This document shows, piece by piece, positions 28,506 through 38,738 of a stretch of 64,000 nt of DNA. This DNA is from Deltaproteobacteria bacterium (lineage in GTDB: Bacteria > Myxococcota > Kuafuiibacteriia > Kuafuiibacteriales > Kuafuiibacteriaceae), in contig JAVJQW010000033.1 of NCBI GenBank assembly GCA_040218735.1, positions 1 to 64,000 on the forward strand, read 5' to 3'. The notes beneath the pieces are model-generated. The model made no database searches, had not been told where the DNA came from, and worked only from the letters and a program-made list of their open reading frames with translations. Numbering within the stretch: the first letter of the stretch is position 1; each line of letters begins with the position of its first letter. The position numbers and the translations under genes are program-made.

Positions 28506-29662
28506 TGCGAGAGCACGACGGACTGGTCTTCACCATCGACGAATATCGGCGCCGCCTTGGACGCGTGCGCGAGCGGATGGCCAAGGCCGAGCTCGACGCG
28601 TTGCTGGTGACCGGCCCGGAGAACATCACGTACCTCACGAGCTACCAGACGACCGGCTACTACTACATGCAGGCGCTGGTGATCCCGCTCGAGGACGAAC
28701 CGTTCATGGTCACGCGTCTCCTCGAGAACACCAGCGTCACCACGCGCACGTGGATCGAGCACAGCTTCCCGTACACCGACACGGAAGACGCGATGGGCAA
28801 GCTCGTCGTCACGATGAAGGAGAGGAACCTCGGCACGAAGCGCATCGGCTACGATCGCAACGGCTACTTCCTCCGCGCCTTCGAGCAAGACGCCTTGCAC
28901 GACGGCCTCCCCGACGCGACGCTCGTCGACACCTCCGGTCTCGTCGAAGCCGAGCGCGTCATCAAGTCCGACGAGGAGATCGCGTTGCTCCGCCGCGTCG
29001 CGCGGGTCACCGAGGTCGCGATGCAGGCCGGCGTCGACGCGGTCGCGGCGGGCGTCACCGAGAATCACATCGCCGCCGAGATCCACCACGCGATGTTCGA
29101 GGCGGGCGGCGAGTACCCGTCGTGCAGCCCGTTCGTTTGCTCGGGCCCGCGCGGCGGAATCGGTCACGCGACGTGGGAGGGCCGCACGGTCAACGCGCAG
29201 GAGTACGTGTTCCTGGAGCTCGCCGGGTGCATCCAGCGCTACCACACCGCGATGATGCGGACCTGCTACGTCGGCGAGGTCACCGACAACGCACGCCAGG
29301 CGGCGGCGCTGGTGGCGCGCGCGGTGGAGGCGTCGATCGGCGCGATGAAGCCGGGCGTCTCCGCGCAGGAGGTCGACCGCATCAACCGCGAGATCCTCGC
29401 CGACAACCCGTTCGGCGCGACGCAGACCACCCGCTCCGGCTATTCGATCGGCATCGCTTACGCGCCGGACTGGGGCGAGGGCGGCATCCTGAGCCTGAAG
29501 GGCGACGAGCCGCGGCTGCTCGAGCCGAACATGGTCTTCCACCTCATCCCGTGGGTGCAGATCCCCGGCGAGGCGAGCATCGGCCTCTCCGAGACGGTGC
29601 GCGTGACCGAGGACGGCTGTGAGTCGCTCTTCGACTTCGAGCGGGTGTTGTTCAGCAAGTAG
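28505..29662 (+). CDS. M24 family hydrolase, ectoine hydrolase (DoeA/EutD)-like
   Basis: FTIDEYRRRL, ELAGCIQRYH, RSGYSIGIAYAPDWGE. Canonical aminopeptidase P metal ligands are altered as in DoeA. Confidence 0.8.
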   Translation: MREHDGLVFTIDEYRRRLGRVRERMAKAELDALLVTGPENITYLTSYQTTGYYYMQALVIPLEDEPFMVTRLLENTSVTTRTWIEHSFPYTDTEDAMGKLVVTMKERNLGTKRIGYDRNGYFLRAFEQDALHDGLPDATLVDTSGLVEAERVIKSDEEIALLRRVARVTEVAMQAGVDAVAAGVTENHIAAEIHHAMFEAGGEYPSCSPFVCSGPRGGIGHATWEGRTVNAQEYVFLELAGCIQRYHTAMMRTCYVGEVTDNARQAAALVARAVEASIGAMKPGVSAQEVDRINREILADNPFGATQTTRSGYSIGIAYAPDWGEGGILSLKGDEPRLLEPNMVFHLIPWVQIPGEASIGLSETVRVTEDGCESLFDFERVLFSK

Positions 29663-31063
29663 CTACTGGAAGCGGATGCGCTGCACGAGCGACTGCCGCA
29701 GGCGCAGGCTGAACTGGATCAGCTCACCCTCTACCGCGACCACCAGCGGGGACTGCGCGCTCGCGCGCTCGAAGACCAGGTCGTACTCACCCGGGCCACC
29801 TTCGCGCTGGATGAACTCGTCGAGCGCGCCGGCGCGCACGGCGATCACCGCGTTGCCCTGCGAGCCCTCGGTGTCCGTGCAGAACAGCTCGGTGCGGTTG
29901 CCCGTGATGCGCACGATGACGCGCTCGAAGTTGTCGTTACCCGTCGACACGTAGGTCCACGTGAACGTGAGGTCGGCGGTCGCGGGGCGCGTGACGTCGA
30001 TGCGCGCGTTCATCAGCGGCACGGTGTCGTTCGTCGGCGTCAGCTCGAACGGGGAGTGGAAGCCGCGGAAGTTACCTTCCCACACCGGCCAGGAGCCGTC
30101 GGTGAGATCCGAACCCATCGACGTGAGCGTCACGAACTGCTGCGTGACGGTCTCGCCGAGCTGGGAGGCGTTCAGGAGGCGGCCCGGCAGGTTCATGTCG
30201 CGGGAGACGACGTACCGGCCGAGGTCCTCGTCGAACTGCGCGATGAGGTCGTCGCGCATCCCGTCGTAGTCGTCGAGGTCCGTGAGGCGGATGTCGCCGA
30301 TGTCGCGGTCGCGGCGCCCCTGGACCGTCGTCGTCGAGGTGTAGCTGCGAACGATGCACGACTCGATGACCGCGTCCTGATCGATCGGGTCGGCGATGCG
30401 CGGCGGGTTCAGGTCCGAGCGCCAGCTGATGCCGTTGCCCACCCCCCGCACGTCGTACACACGCAGCGAAGTCGACGAAGTGTGCACCGCCGTGCCCGTG
30501 CGCAAGTTGTCTTGCTCGTACACATCCCAGAACCCGGTGACCGTGATCTCCGGGTCTTCGATCGGCCCGTTCACGCCGCCGTCGCGGAGGCGCTTGATCC
30601 CGGGGAACACGTACGTGCTGCCGTCGAGCTCCTCGAAGCCGCCGTCGAGCGGGTAGGGCGGGCGCTGGAACATGTTCGGCGCCTCCACCGGGTCGGGGTA
30701 CTCGACCTCGGGGACGTTTTGGCAGAGGTTCAGCTCGGGGACGCAGGTCTCGAAGTCGTCACACGCGGAGCAGAACCCGTCGATGCAGCTCGGGAGCGCG
30801 CCGCCGCACGCCGAGTCGTTGTCACACTCTTGGACGCGCTCCTGCCCCGCCGAACACGAGCGCACGCACTCGCCGAGGTAACAGAGCTGCCCGGCCGGGC
30901 ACTCGAGCGCGGAGGATGGTTCGTTCGGCTCGGCCGTCGTGCACGGCGCCGCCTTGCAGCCCGGCGCGGACGCGAGCCCCACGACCATCAGGCCGGTCGC
31001 GCTGAACGTCACCGTGGCGGCGATCGTCAGCGTGAGGTTCCGGTTGCGGTCTGGGCTGCTCAT
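29663..31063 (-). CDS. Hypothetical exported Cys-rich protein
   Basis: N-terminal hydrophobic segment, Cys-rich module CPAGQLCYLGEC...CIDGFCSAC, beta-rich C-terminus. Confidence 0.75.
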   Translation of the reverse strand: MSSPDRNRNLTLTIAATVTFSATGLMVVGLASAPGCKAAPCTTAEPNEPSSALECPAGQLCYLGECVRSCSAGQERVQECDNDSACGGALPSCIDGFCSACDDFETCVPELNLCQNVPEVEYPDPVEAPNMFQRPPYPLDGGFEELDGSTYVFPGIKRLRDGGVNGPIEDPEITVTGFWDVYEQDNLRTGTAVHTSSTSLRVYDVRGVGNGISWRSDLNPPRIADPIDQDAVIESCIVRSYTSTTTVQGRRDRDIGDIRLTDLDDYDGMRDDLIAQFDEDLGRYVVSRDMNLPGRLLNASQLGETVTQQFVTLTSMGSDLTDGSWPVWEGNFRGFHSPFELTPTNDTVPLMNARIDVTRPATADLTFTWTYVSTGNDNFERVIVRITGNRTELFCTDTEGSQGNAVIAVRAGALDEFIQREGGPGEYDLVFERASAQSPLVVAVEGELIQFSLRLRQSLVQRIRFQ

Positions 31064-31080
31064 GGGTCGCCTCTCTCGGT

Positions 31081-33069
31081 CTACTGGAAGATCTCGTCGT
31101 CCCGGACCACGCGCGTCGAACTTTCGACGATGTCTTGCAAATCGTACGAGAAACGGAGCTCGGCCCCAACCTGCAGGGTGCTCACATTCCGCACCGACCC
31201 CAGAGGATACCCGAGCCACAGGGCGGGCTCGAGGTAGTCCAGGAACCTCCCGCGCGCCCCGAGGTACGCAAAGAACTCCGTCCGCTGCGGCCCCGCGAAC
31301 AGGCTCACCGCGCGGGCCTCGGCGAAGAAGCCGACGAGATCACCCCACGGCAGGACGCCGAACGAGGCCCCGTAGGAGAGCGTCATGAACGAAGTGCGCT
31401 CCTCCGCGCCCTCCACCGGCGTGTAGTAGTCGAGGTACAGCTCCAGGCCGAACTCGAACATGTCGTACTGCCAGGCCGCGCTGCTCCCGAGCCCGACGGC
31501 CGTCTTCTCCAGGAAGAACGCGTAGGTGTCTGCGAAGTGGGCCTCCCGCGAGAAGTGCTCCGCGATGAAGTCCGTCAGCGGGATCTGGTGCTGCGGAGGG
31601 ACCGGGACCGCCCAACGACCGCGCAGCGTGACCACCGGCGCGCGGCCCTCGACCTTCGGCAAGTACAGCCGCCACTTCGCCGCGAGGAGCGGGTTGCCCA
31701 TCACGAACACGGAGGGCGCACGCGGGAGATCGACGTTCACGTACTCGGTCGGAACGGTGACCTCCAGACCGAAGAAGCGGGTGATGGCGATCTGCCCGTC
31801 GAAGAACATCGCCGACGCGATCGCGGACGCGTTGAGCTGCACCGTCGCGAACGCAAAACGCAGCGCGCCGCCGTGCGCGATGTTCGGATCGTCGAGCGTC
31901 AGGCTGCGGAAGTAGGACGGAATGTACGTGACGCGCCGCCGCGTCCGCGAGCCCAGGATGTCGTCACCTTCGTTCACCACGACGCCGCCCGTCTCCGCGC
32001 CCGTCGCGCCGTCGACCTTGGGTTGGTCACCCGGCGCGGACGCATCCGCCACGACCGGGCCGGTCGGTGGCTTGGTCTTGTCCGGCTCGGGGCGCGGCCG
32101 GCTCGAATCCGGGAGCGACTCGGGGCCCGTGCGATCGCTGCCGGCCTCGTACGTCCCGACCGGCGCCAACGTGCCGTCCCCGCCGACCCGCGCGGGCGGA
32201 GGCGGAGGCTCCACCGGCTCGGTGCGCGTGGGCTCGAGGGTCTCGACCTCCGCCGCCGCCACCGTCTCGCCGCCCCCCGAACCGGGGACGATCGCGACGG
32301 ACGGCAGACCGGAAGGGGACTTGTCGTCGAGCTTCGAAAGATAGGTGCGCGCGAGCGACGCGATCTGCGGGTTCGGGCTCTGCAGCGCCGCGACGAGGTG
32401 CCGGTGCGCCGACCACACCCGCATCCGGTAGCGCGTGAATCGCACCGCGAGCGACGCCGTCTTGGGCGCGACGCGGTCGAGCGGCGGGAGGCGTTTGTTG
32501 TCCTGCGTCGACAGCTTGGACAGGCCCTTCTGGCGGAGCATCCGCGCCGCCTTCTTCATGCGTGGCGCGTAGAACCGGTACCCCCAAAAGTCCGCCGTCA
32601 GCTGCTCGGGCGTGGGGTTGGCCGGCCCGACGTCGAACCAGTGGGTGGTCTTCTCCTGGTGCGCGGTGTTCGCAAACCCGGTGCGCTCGACGAGCGACAG
32701 CGTGACGCGCGCGCGCCCGCCCGACTTCGCGTTGGCCTCCGCGTGCACGACGTAGCGGAACGTGACCTTCTTCTTCGGACCCGCGTCGACGATCTCGAAC
32801 TCGTCCATGCGCTGATGCACGACGATCCCGTCCGGCGCGACGATGCCCGTCACGAAGGCCTCGTAGTCGCGCGCCTTCTTCTTGATGCGGCTCGCGGGGA
32901 CCTCGACGGTCCGTTCGACGATCAGCGTGCCGCCGGCTTCGAGCCTCATCTTGGCCGCGTAGGGCTCGATCGGAGCGAGGCGCTGCTTGATCGCCTCCTT
33001 CTCGGCGTCCGTGAGGGATTTGCCGGCCGCGGCCGCGGGGAGGAGCACCGCGCTCCCGAGTGCGATCAT
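31081..33069 (-). CDS. Hypothetical exported protein with Pro-rich linker and C-terminal beta-barrel
   Basis: Signal MIALGSAVLLPAAAAG; barrel-like strands VMGNPLLAAKWR and QVGAELRFSY. Confidence 0.75.
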   Translation of the reverse strand: MIALGSAVLLPAAAAGKSLTDAEKEAIKQRLAPIEPYAAKMRLEAGGTLIVERTVEVPASRIKKKARDYEAFVTGIVAPDGIVVHQRMDEFEIVDAGPKKKVTFRYVVHAEANAKSGGRARVTLSLVERTGFANTAHQEKTTHWFDVGPANPTPEQLTADFWGYRFYAPRMKKAARMLRQKGLSKLSTQDNKRLPPLDRVAPKTASLAVRFTRYRMRVWSAHRHLVAALQSPNPQIASLARTYLSKLDDKSPSGLPSVAIVPGSGGGETVAAAEVETLEPTRTEPVEPPPPPARVGGDGTLAPVGTYEAGSDRTGPESLPDSSRPRPEPDKTKPPTGPVVADASAPGDQPKVDGATGAETGGVVVNEGDDILGSRTRRRVTYIPSYFRSLTLDDPNIAHGGALRFAFATVQLNASAIASAMFFDGQIAITRFFGLEVTVPTEYVNVDLPRAPSVFVMGNPLLAAKWRLYLPKVEGRAPVVTLRGRWAVPVPPQHQIPLTDFIAEHFSREAHFADTYAFFLEKTAVGLGSSAAWQYDMFEFGLELYLDYYTPVEGAEERTSFMTLSYGASFGVLPWGDLVGFFAEARAVSLFAGPQRTEFFAYLGARGRFLDYLEPALWLGYPLGSVRNVSTLQVGAELRFSYDLQDIVESSTRVVRDDEIFQ

Positions 33070-33193
33070 CGCCCAGAAACGGGGGTGAAAACGCCGGTCG
33101 CGCAAAGTGTCGGGGATGGTAGCAGCGGCCCGAGACGGACCGCAACTCGCCGCGCTTGCCACTGAAACCCCCGGCAGGCATGAGGCGTTCGCG

Positions 33194-34714
33194 ATGAAGC
33201 TGTCGCTCTACACGGACGACCTGCGTGACGCGATGGCGGACGTCGTCGCCGTCGGCGTCTTCTCGGACGAGCCGGATCGGGGTCTCGCCTTCTCTGCGCT
33301 CAACCGCGGACTGGACGGTGCGCTCGAACGCGCCTGCCGTGACGAGTCCTTCAAGGGCAAGGCAGGGCAGACACTGACGTTCAACGTCGCCGGCGGCATC
33401 GCCGCGACGCGCGTGGTCGTCTTCGGGTTCGGGACGCGCAAACAGTATGGGCCCGAGCGTGCGCGCGCGTTCGCCGGTGCCGCCGCGCGGATCGCTTCGA
33501 AGGTCGGCGCCAAGAGCCTCGCCTTGCAGCTCACGGTCCCGGACGACGGCGCGTACGACGTCCTCGCGCTCGTCGGTGCGCTCGCGGAAGGCTCCGTCCT
33601 CGGACCGTACGTCTTCCGCGCGCACAAGACCGTCGACGCGGGCACCGACACCCTCACGGACGTGCGCATCGCATTCGTCGCCGAGGACGTGCAGGGCGTG
33701 AAGGGCACCGCGCTCCGCGGCGCGCTCAAGCGCGGACAGACACTCGCCGAGGCGGCCAACTTCTCCCGTGACCTCGTGAACGCGCCGCCGAACGTGCTCA
33801 CGCCGGTCGAGCTCGCCGATCGTTTGAAGCGAATGGCGAAGACCGCGGGCCTGTCCTGCAAGATCCTCAGCATGCGCGACCTCGATCGCCAGGGGATGCA
33901 CCTGCACCTCGGCGTCGCGCGCGGGAGCACGAACGAGCCGCGCCTGATCCACCTGACGTACACGCCGGAGGCGAAGACGGATCGCTCCGTCGCGCTCGTC
34001 GGCAAGGGCCTCACGTTCGACGCGGGCGGGCTGTCGCTCAAGACCTCGGACGGGATGCTCGAGATGAAGTCGGACATGGGCGGCGCCGCCGCCGTGGCCG
34101 GCGCGATGATGGCGATCGCCGAGCTGAAACCGGAGTGTGTGGTGCACGGGATCGTCGGCGCCGCGGAGAACATGCCCGACGGCAACGCGATCCGCCCGAG
34201 CGACGTGCTCACCTCGAAGCGCGGTCTCACCGTCGAGGTGATCAACACCGACGCCGAAGGGCGCCTCGTCCTCGCCGACGCGATCGCGTACGCGCAGGAC
34301 CAGAAGGTCGAGGAGCTCATCGACGTCGCCACCCTCACCGGCGCGTGCATGGTCGCGCTCGGCAAGCTGACGGCTGGCGCGTTCGTGAACGACGAGCGCA
34401 TGGCGACGCGCCTCGAGCAGGCGTGGAAGAACAGCGGCGAATCGTTCTGGCGGATGCCGCTCGACCCACAGCTCGACGCTCAGCTCGACAGCGACGTCGC
34501 CGATGTGAAGAACCTCGGCGAGCGCTGGGGCGGCGCGATCACCGCCGCGCTGTTCCTGCAACGTTTCGTCGAGCGGCCCTGCGCGTGGGCGCACCTCGAC
34601 ATCGCAGGCCCCGTGCTCTCGGCCGAGGCCGTCGACCACCGCCCGAAGGGCGCGACCGGCTTCGGGGCGCGCACGCTCGCCGAGTACGTGATGATTCCGA
34701 AGAAGAGGACCTGA
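33194..34714 (+). CDS. pepA: Leucyl aminopeptidase (M17)
   Basis: VGKGLTFDAGG, MKSDMGG, NTDAEGRL, ATLTGA, HLDIAG. Confidence 0.97.
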   Translation: MKLSLYTDDLRDAMADVVAVGVFSDEPDRGLAFSALNRGLDGALERACRDESFKGKAGQTLTFNVAGGIAATRVVVFGFGTRKQYGPERARAFAGAAARIASKVGAKSLALQLTVPDDGAYDVLALVGALAEGSVLGPYVFRAHKTVDAGTDTLTDVRIAFVAEDVQGVKGTALRGALKRGQTLAEAANFSRDLVNAPPNVLTPVELADRLKRMAKTAGLSCKILSMRDLDRQGMHLHLGVARGSTNEPRLIHLTYTPEAKTDRSVALVGKGLTFDAGGLSLKTSDGMLEMKSDMGGAAAVAGAMMAIAELKPECVVHGIVGAAENMPDGNAIRPSDVLTSKRGLTVEVINTDAEGRLVLADAIAYAQDQKVEELIDVATLTGACMVALGKLTAGAFVNDERMATRLEQAWKNSGESFWRMPLDPQLDAQLDSDVADVKNLGERWGGAITAALFLQRFVERPCAWAHLDIAGPVLSAEAVDHRPKGATGFGARTLAEYVMIPKKRT

Positions 34715-34723
34715 AGCACCGTT

Positions 34724-36442
34724 TTGTCCGAGCTCGGCCCCCTCCTCACCTTCGCGATTGTCCTCACGATCGGCCTCCTGGGAGGGGAGGCGGCGGCGCG
34801 TGCGCGGATGCCGCGCGTCACCGGGTGGATCCTGACGGGCGTCGTCCTTCGCGCGGTCGAGCTTCCGATACTCGCGCCGGATCGCCTCGCGGCGTTCGGT
34901 CCCTTCTCGCAGCTGGTGCTCGGGTACATCGCGTTCACCGTCGGCTCGCACCTGCACATCCGCAGCCTGATCAACGCCCACAAACGGCTCGTGCTCCTGG
35001 TGCTGACGGAGATGATCGTCACGCCGCTCGTCGTGTTGGCGGCGATGCGTTTCATCGGGGACGTCAGCCTCGAAGAGAGCCTCCTGTTCGCCGCGATCGC
35101 CGTCGCGGGAGCGCCCGGCACCACCGTGATCGTGATCCGCGAAGCGCGCGCGCGGGGGGTCTTCGTGAAGACACTCATCGCCGCCGTCGCGCTCATCGAC
35201 ATGGTCGCGGTGTGTTTCTTCGTGATCGTCGAAGAGGAGCTGAAGGCCGGCCCCGCGAGTTACAGCTTGCTCGTGAACGGGTTGCCCGCGGTGTTGCGGA
35301 CCGTCGCGATCGCCGTCGGCGTGGGGCTCGGTGCGGCCGGGGTCTCGATCGCGATGACCCGTGCGATCGTCGGGCCTCGGTTGCTCGGTGCTTCACTCGT
35401 TGCGTCGATCCTCCTCGCGTGGGGCGTCGCGGAGTGGGCGGGGGTGTCGAGCATCCTCGCGGTCACGTTCCTCGGCGTCGCGCTCGCCAACCTCATCACC
35501 GACAAGGAGCGCGCGGGCGAGGCGTACCTCAACACCTACGGGAGTGTGTTGTTCACCGCGTTCTACACGTTCGCCGGGCTGCGGCTGAACTTCACGCACG
35601 TCCTCCCGCTCGCCGCGTTGATCGCGGTGTTCTTCGTCGGCCGCCTCGTCGCGAAGTGGATGTCGGCGTACCTCGCGATGACACTCGCACAGGCGCCGAA
35701 ACACGTGCGCTACCTCCTCGGCCCGGCGCTCCTCCCGCACGGCGGCGTCGCGGTGGGGCTGATCATCGCGGTGCAGGCGGATCCGAACCTCGCCGCCTAC
35801 GGGGACAACATCCTGACCGTCGGGTTGTCGGCGCTCGCGATCAACCAGCTCATCGGACCGTCGGCGACGCGGTGGGCATTGTTCAAGGCGAACGAGGCCG
35901 GGCTCGATCGACCGCGGCTCCTCGACTTCATCCGCGAGCAGGACATCCTCGTGGGCCTGCGGAACAAGTCACCGAAGGCGGCGCTCGAGCGGTTGTCGCT
36001 GCACCTCTTCAAGACCCACGATCTGAGCGCCGACCGGGAGACCTTCCTGAAGGGGCTCCTCGAGCGGGAGGAGGAGGCTTGGTACCTCGGCGAGGGGCTC
36101 GCGATTCCGCACCAACGCATCGACATGGGTGAGGACATGGCGGGGGTGATCGGCCTGTCGAAGGAGGGCTTCGACTGGGACACGCCGGACGGGAAGAAGG
36201 TCCACGCGATCGTGTTGCTGGCGAGCCCGACGAACCAGCGCGATCGGCACTTGGAAGTCATCGCCGCGTTCGCGCGGATCGTGTCGCGCGAGGCGAGCCT
36301 GCGCGACCAGTTCTATCACGCCAGCTCTGCGGCCCACGCGTACAACATCCTGCACGCGGAGGACGTCGCGGAGTTCAACTACTTCCTCGACGAAGCGCTG
36401 GACGAAGACGACGAGACGACGTCGGCGCGCGAAGCCACCTGA
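34724..36442 (+). CDS. Cation:proton antiporter fused to PTS EIIA domain
   Basis: Multi-TM CPA region followed by GLLERE...GEGLAIPH...WDTPDGKKVH (EIIA with phospho-His). Confidence 0.88.
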   Translation: MSELGPLLTFAIVLTIGLLGGEAAARARMPRVTGWILTGVVLRAVELPILAPDRLAAFGPFSQLVLGYIAFTVGSHLHIRSLINAHKRLVLLVLTEMIVTPLVVLAAMRFIGDVSLEESLLFAAIAVAGAPGTTVIVIREARARGVFVKTLIAAVALIDMVAVCFFVIVEEELKAGPASYSLLVNGLPAVLRTVAIAVGVGLGAAGVSIAMTRAIVGPRLLGASLVASILLAWGVAEWAGVSSILAVTFLGVALANLITDKERAGEAYLNTYGSVLFTAFYTFAGLRLNFTHVLPLAALIAVFFVGRLVAKWMSAYLAMTLAQAPKHVRYLLGPALLPHGGVAVGLIIAVQADPNLAAYGDNILTVGLSALAINQLIGPSATRWALFKANEAGLDRPRLLDFIREQDILVGLRNKSPKAALERLSLHLFKTHDLSADRETFLKGLLEREEEAWYLGEGLAIPHQRIDMGEDMAGVIGLSKEGFDWDTPDGKKVHAIVLLASPTNQRDRHLEVIAAFARIVSREASLRDQFYHASSAAHAYNILHAEDVAEFNYFLDEALDEDDETTSAREAT

Positions 36443-37890
36443 CTCGGCCGGTTCGCGTAGCGGTCCGAGATCGCGGCGAACACCGCGAAGAGGATGATGT
36501 AGCGCGACGTCAGGAGCGTCGCCTGGAGCTGGGACACGGCGATCATCCCCAGCGTTCCCGCCAGGAGCGCGCTCGGGATCCACAGGCGTTCGACCGCGCC
36601 GCGCGCCGCGAAGATCGCGCGGGCCTGGAGCCACAAAATCGCGAGGAGGAGCCACGCCGCGGCGAGGAAACCGAGGGTCCCCGCTTTCACGAGGACGGTG
36701 AGCGGGGCGTTGTCGACGGCGGGTTGGTAGCCCTTCTTCCGGGTGCTACCGGGGCCGCCGAGCTGGTTGGCCCAAGGCACGCGCAGGAGCGCGCCCATGC
36801 CGTGACCGAAGGTGGGCGAAACGGCCGCGTCCTCGAACGCAAAGCGGTAGGAGCGGACGCGGCCCTTGAGCGAGACGTCCTTCTTCGTGGGGTCGGACGA
36901 GAGGGCGGAGAAGCGGCGAGCGACGTCCGAGTCGGCGACCGTCACGGCCGGTCGCGGTCGCGCGGTCTCGATCGCCTGGTAGCCGACCGCCGCGACCACG
37001 ACCGCGGCGACCATTGCCGACACGGGCCGCCACCAGCGGCCACGGTTGCGGCTCGTGAGGACGAGGACACCGGCGGTGAGGAGCGCGACCGCCGGGACCA
37101 GCACGATGAGCGAGCGGGTGATCGAGACCCACGTCGCCCAGATGAGCAGCGGCGCCGGCGCGGCGCGCAGGAAGCGGCTCGCCAGCGAGCGCCCCGCGAT
37201 CGCGTAACCGGTGACGAGGGGCAGCACCGTCACGAACACGAAGTGGTTGTGAAAGTAGATGCGCGCGCTGCCGCGCCAGTGATCGAGGATGACGGAGCGC
37301 GGCCACGTCGTGTCCGGGAGCGTTGACACCACACACGCCGCCACGGCGTAGAGCAGCGACCCCGCGACGATCACGCCGAGCGCAGCGCGGATCCGGCGCT
37401 CCGTCGACAACTCGACCCACGCGACGGGGAGCATCAGCCAGAGCGCGGCGTTGCGCAGGTCGCGGAACAGATCCCAGGTCGCGTGGCCGTTCACGACGCC
37501 GACGAACACCGACAGCGTAATCGCGAAGACGACGGCGAGGATCGGGGGCGCCAGCGACATGTGGCCGCGGAGCCGGTCGAGGCGGAAACGTTCGAGCGCC
37601 CAACGACCGAACCACGCGGCGAGGGAGCCCCAGTAGAGGAGGTCGATCGGGTGCAGCGGCACGCCGAGCTTCTTGCGGAACCACAGGTCGCCGAGGTTCC
37701 CGTGCGGTACGAGCGCGACGACGAACCACAGCAACAGGAGCAGCGCGAAGGGGCGTTTGAGCGCGAGCGTCAATCCCAGCGGGACGATGACGATCGCGGG
37801 CAGCACGGGCGCGCCGAAGCGAACGACCAGGACCGCGCCGACGAGCGCGAGCAACGCGCAGCCGACCGCCATCCACGCCGTTCGCGACAC
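36379..37890 (-). CDS. O-antigen ligase/polymerase family protein
   Basis: Multi-TM; SITRS, SLKGRV, PTFGHGMG, VDNAPL...GTLG. Confidence 0.8.
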   Translation of the reverse strand: MSRTAWMAVGCALLALVGAVLVVRFGAPVLPAIVIVPLGLTLALKRPFALLLLLWFVVALVPHGNLGDLWFRKKLGVPLHPIDLLYWGSLAAWFGRWALERFRLDRLRGHMSLAPPILAVVFAITLSVFVGVVNGHATWDLFRDLRNAALWLMLPVAWVELSTERRIRAALGVIVAGSLLYAVAACVVSTLPDTTWPRSVILDHWRGSARIYFHNHFVFVTVLPLVTGYAIAGRSLASRFLRAAPAPLLIWATWVSITRSLIVLVPAVALLTAGVLVLTSRNRGRWWRPVSAMVAAVVVAAVGYQAIETARPRPAVTVADSDVARRFSALSSDPTKKDVSLKGRVRSYRFAFEDAAVSPTFGHGMGALLRVPWANQLGGPGSTRKKGYQPAVDNAPLTVLVKAGTLGFLAAAWLLLAILWLQARAIFAARGAVERLWIPSALLAGTLGMIAVSQLQATLLTSRYIILFAVFAAISDRYANRPSQVASRADVVSSSSSSASSRK

Positions 37891-37927
37891 GCGCCTCGCG
37901 TTAGCGCGCGCGCGTGGCGTGTGTCCA

Positions 37928-38632
37928 TCACCCGGCGGGGCGTCGCGCGACCAGGCCGATCGAGAGCTGCAGCGGATCGAACAGCGACCAGCGCGACGGA
38001 TCCGCGCCGAACCGCTTCGCGAGCATGTCGAGGCGCGTCAGGCCCCGGAGGTGTCCGAGGTGTTCGCCGTACCAGTCGTCGACGATCTCCAATCCGGCGG
38101 CGGTCATCGCGTGACGCCAGGTGTCGGGCGGCGCGACGGAGATGTGGCCAGGGTTTCGGTCGGGGATGCCGAACACGGGGAGGCGACGGAGCGCGTAGCC
38201 CAGACCGTCGTTCGGGGTGGTCATCATCAGGACGCCACCGGGGGTGAGGAGGCGCTTGGCGTGGTCGATGCCGAGGCGCGGCGACTCGAGGTGTTCGAGC
38301 ACGTCGAACATCGCGATGACGTCGAAGCTTTCGTCCTCGAACGGCCACGGCTCGGCGGCGTTGCCGACGAGGACGGTGTCCTCACCGAGGTGGGTGTTGG
38401 CGCGCGCGGCGAGGGAGCTCTCCAGCTCGAGGCCGCGGACCTGCATCCCGCGTTCGCGCGCGGCGAGGAGGAACGCACCGTAGGCGACGCCGACCTCGAG
38501 GAGGCGGCGCCCCGCGAGGCCTTGGAGCGCGCGCTCGATGCGGTCGAGCCGGCGCCGGTTCTTCTCGTCCTCGTACGCGGTGTTGCGCCCGAAGTACGCG
38601 TCCTCGTCGTGGCTCAGGTGGCGCGTCACCAT
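37928..38632 (-). CDS. Class I SAM-dependent methyltransferase
   Basis: LLEVGVAYG, FDVIAMFDVLEH, LTPGGVL...TPN. Confidence 0.9.
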   Translation of the reverse strand: MVTRHLSHDEDAYFGRNTAYEDEKNRRRLDRIERALQGLAGRRLLEVGVAYGAFLLAARERGMQVRGLELESSLAARANTHLGEDTVLVGNAAEPWPFEDESFDVIAMFDVLEHLESPRLGIDHAKRLLTPGGVLMMTTPNDGLGYALRRLPVFGIPDRNPGHISVAPPDTWRHAMTAAGLEIVDDWYGEHLGHLRGLTRLDMLAKRFGADPSRWSLFDPLQLSIGLVARRPAG

Positions 38633-38738
38633 GGCTCGCGGAAGCTGGCACGGTGAGATCGGGCCTCGCAACGTCGCGTTGACACACGAGGCCCGATTTC
38701 ATTAGCGTCCGCCCGCTCTGAACGATTCCCCGCCGCTC

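Noticed and set aside
36379-36442. Convergent gene overlaps (64 bp here, 26 bp at 56248-56273)
   Set aside because: Common stop-codon drift in GC-rich genomes; no sign of function.
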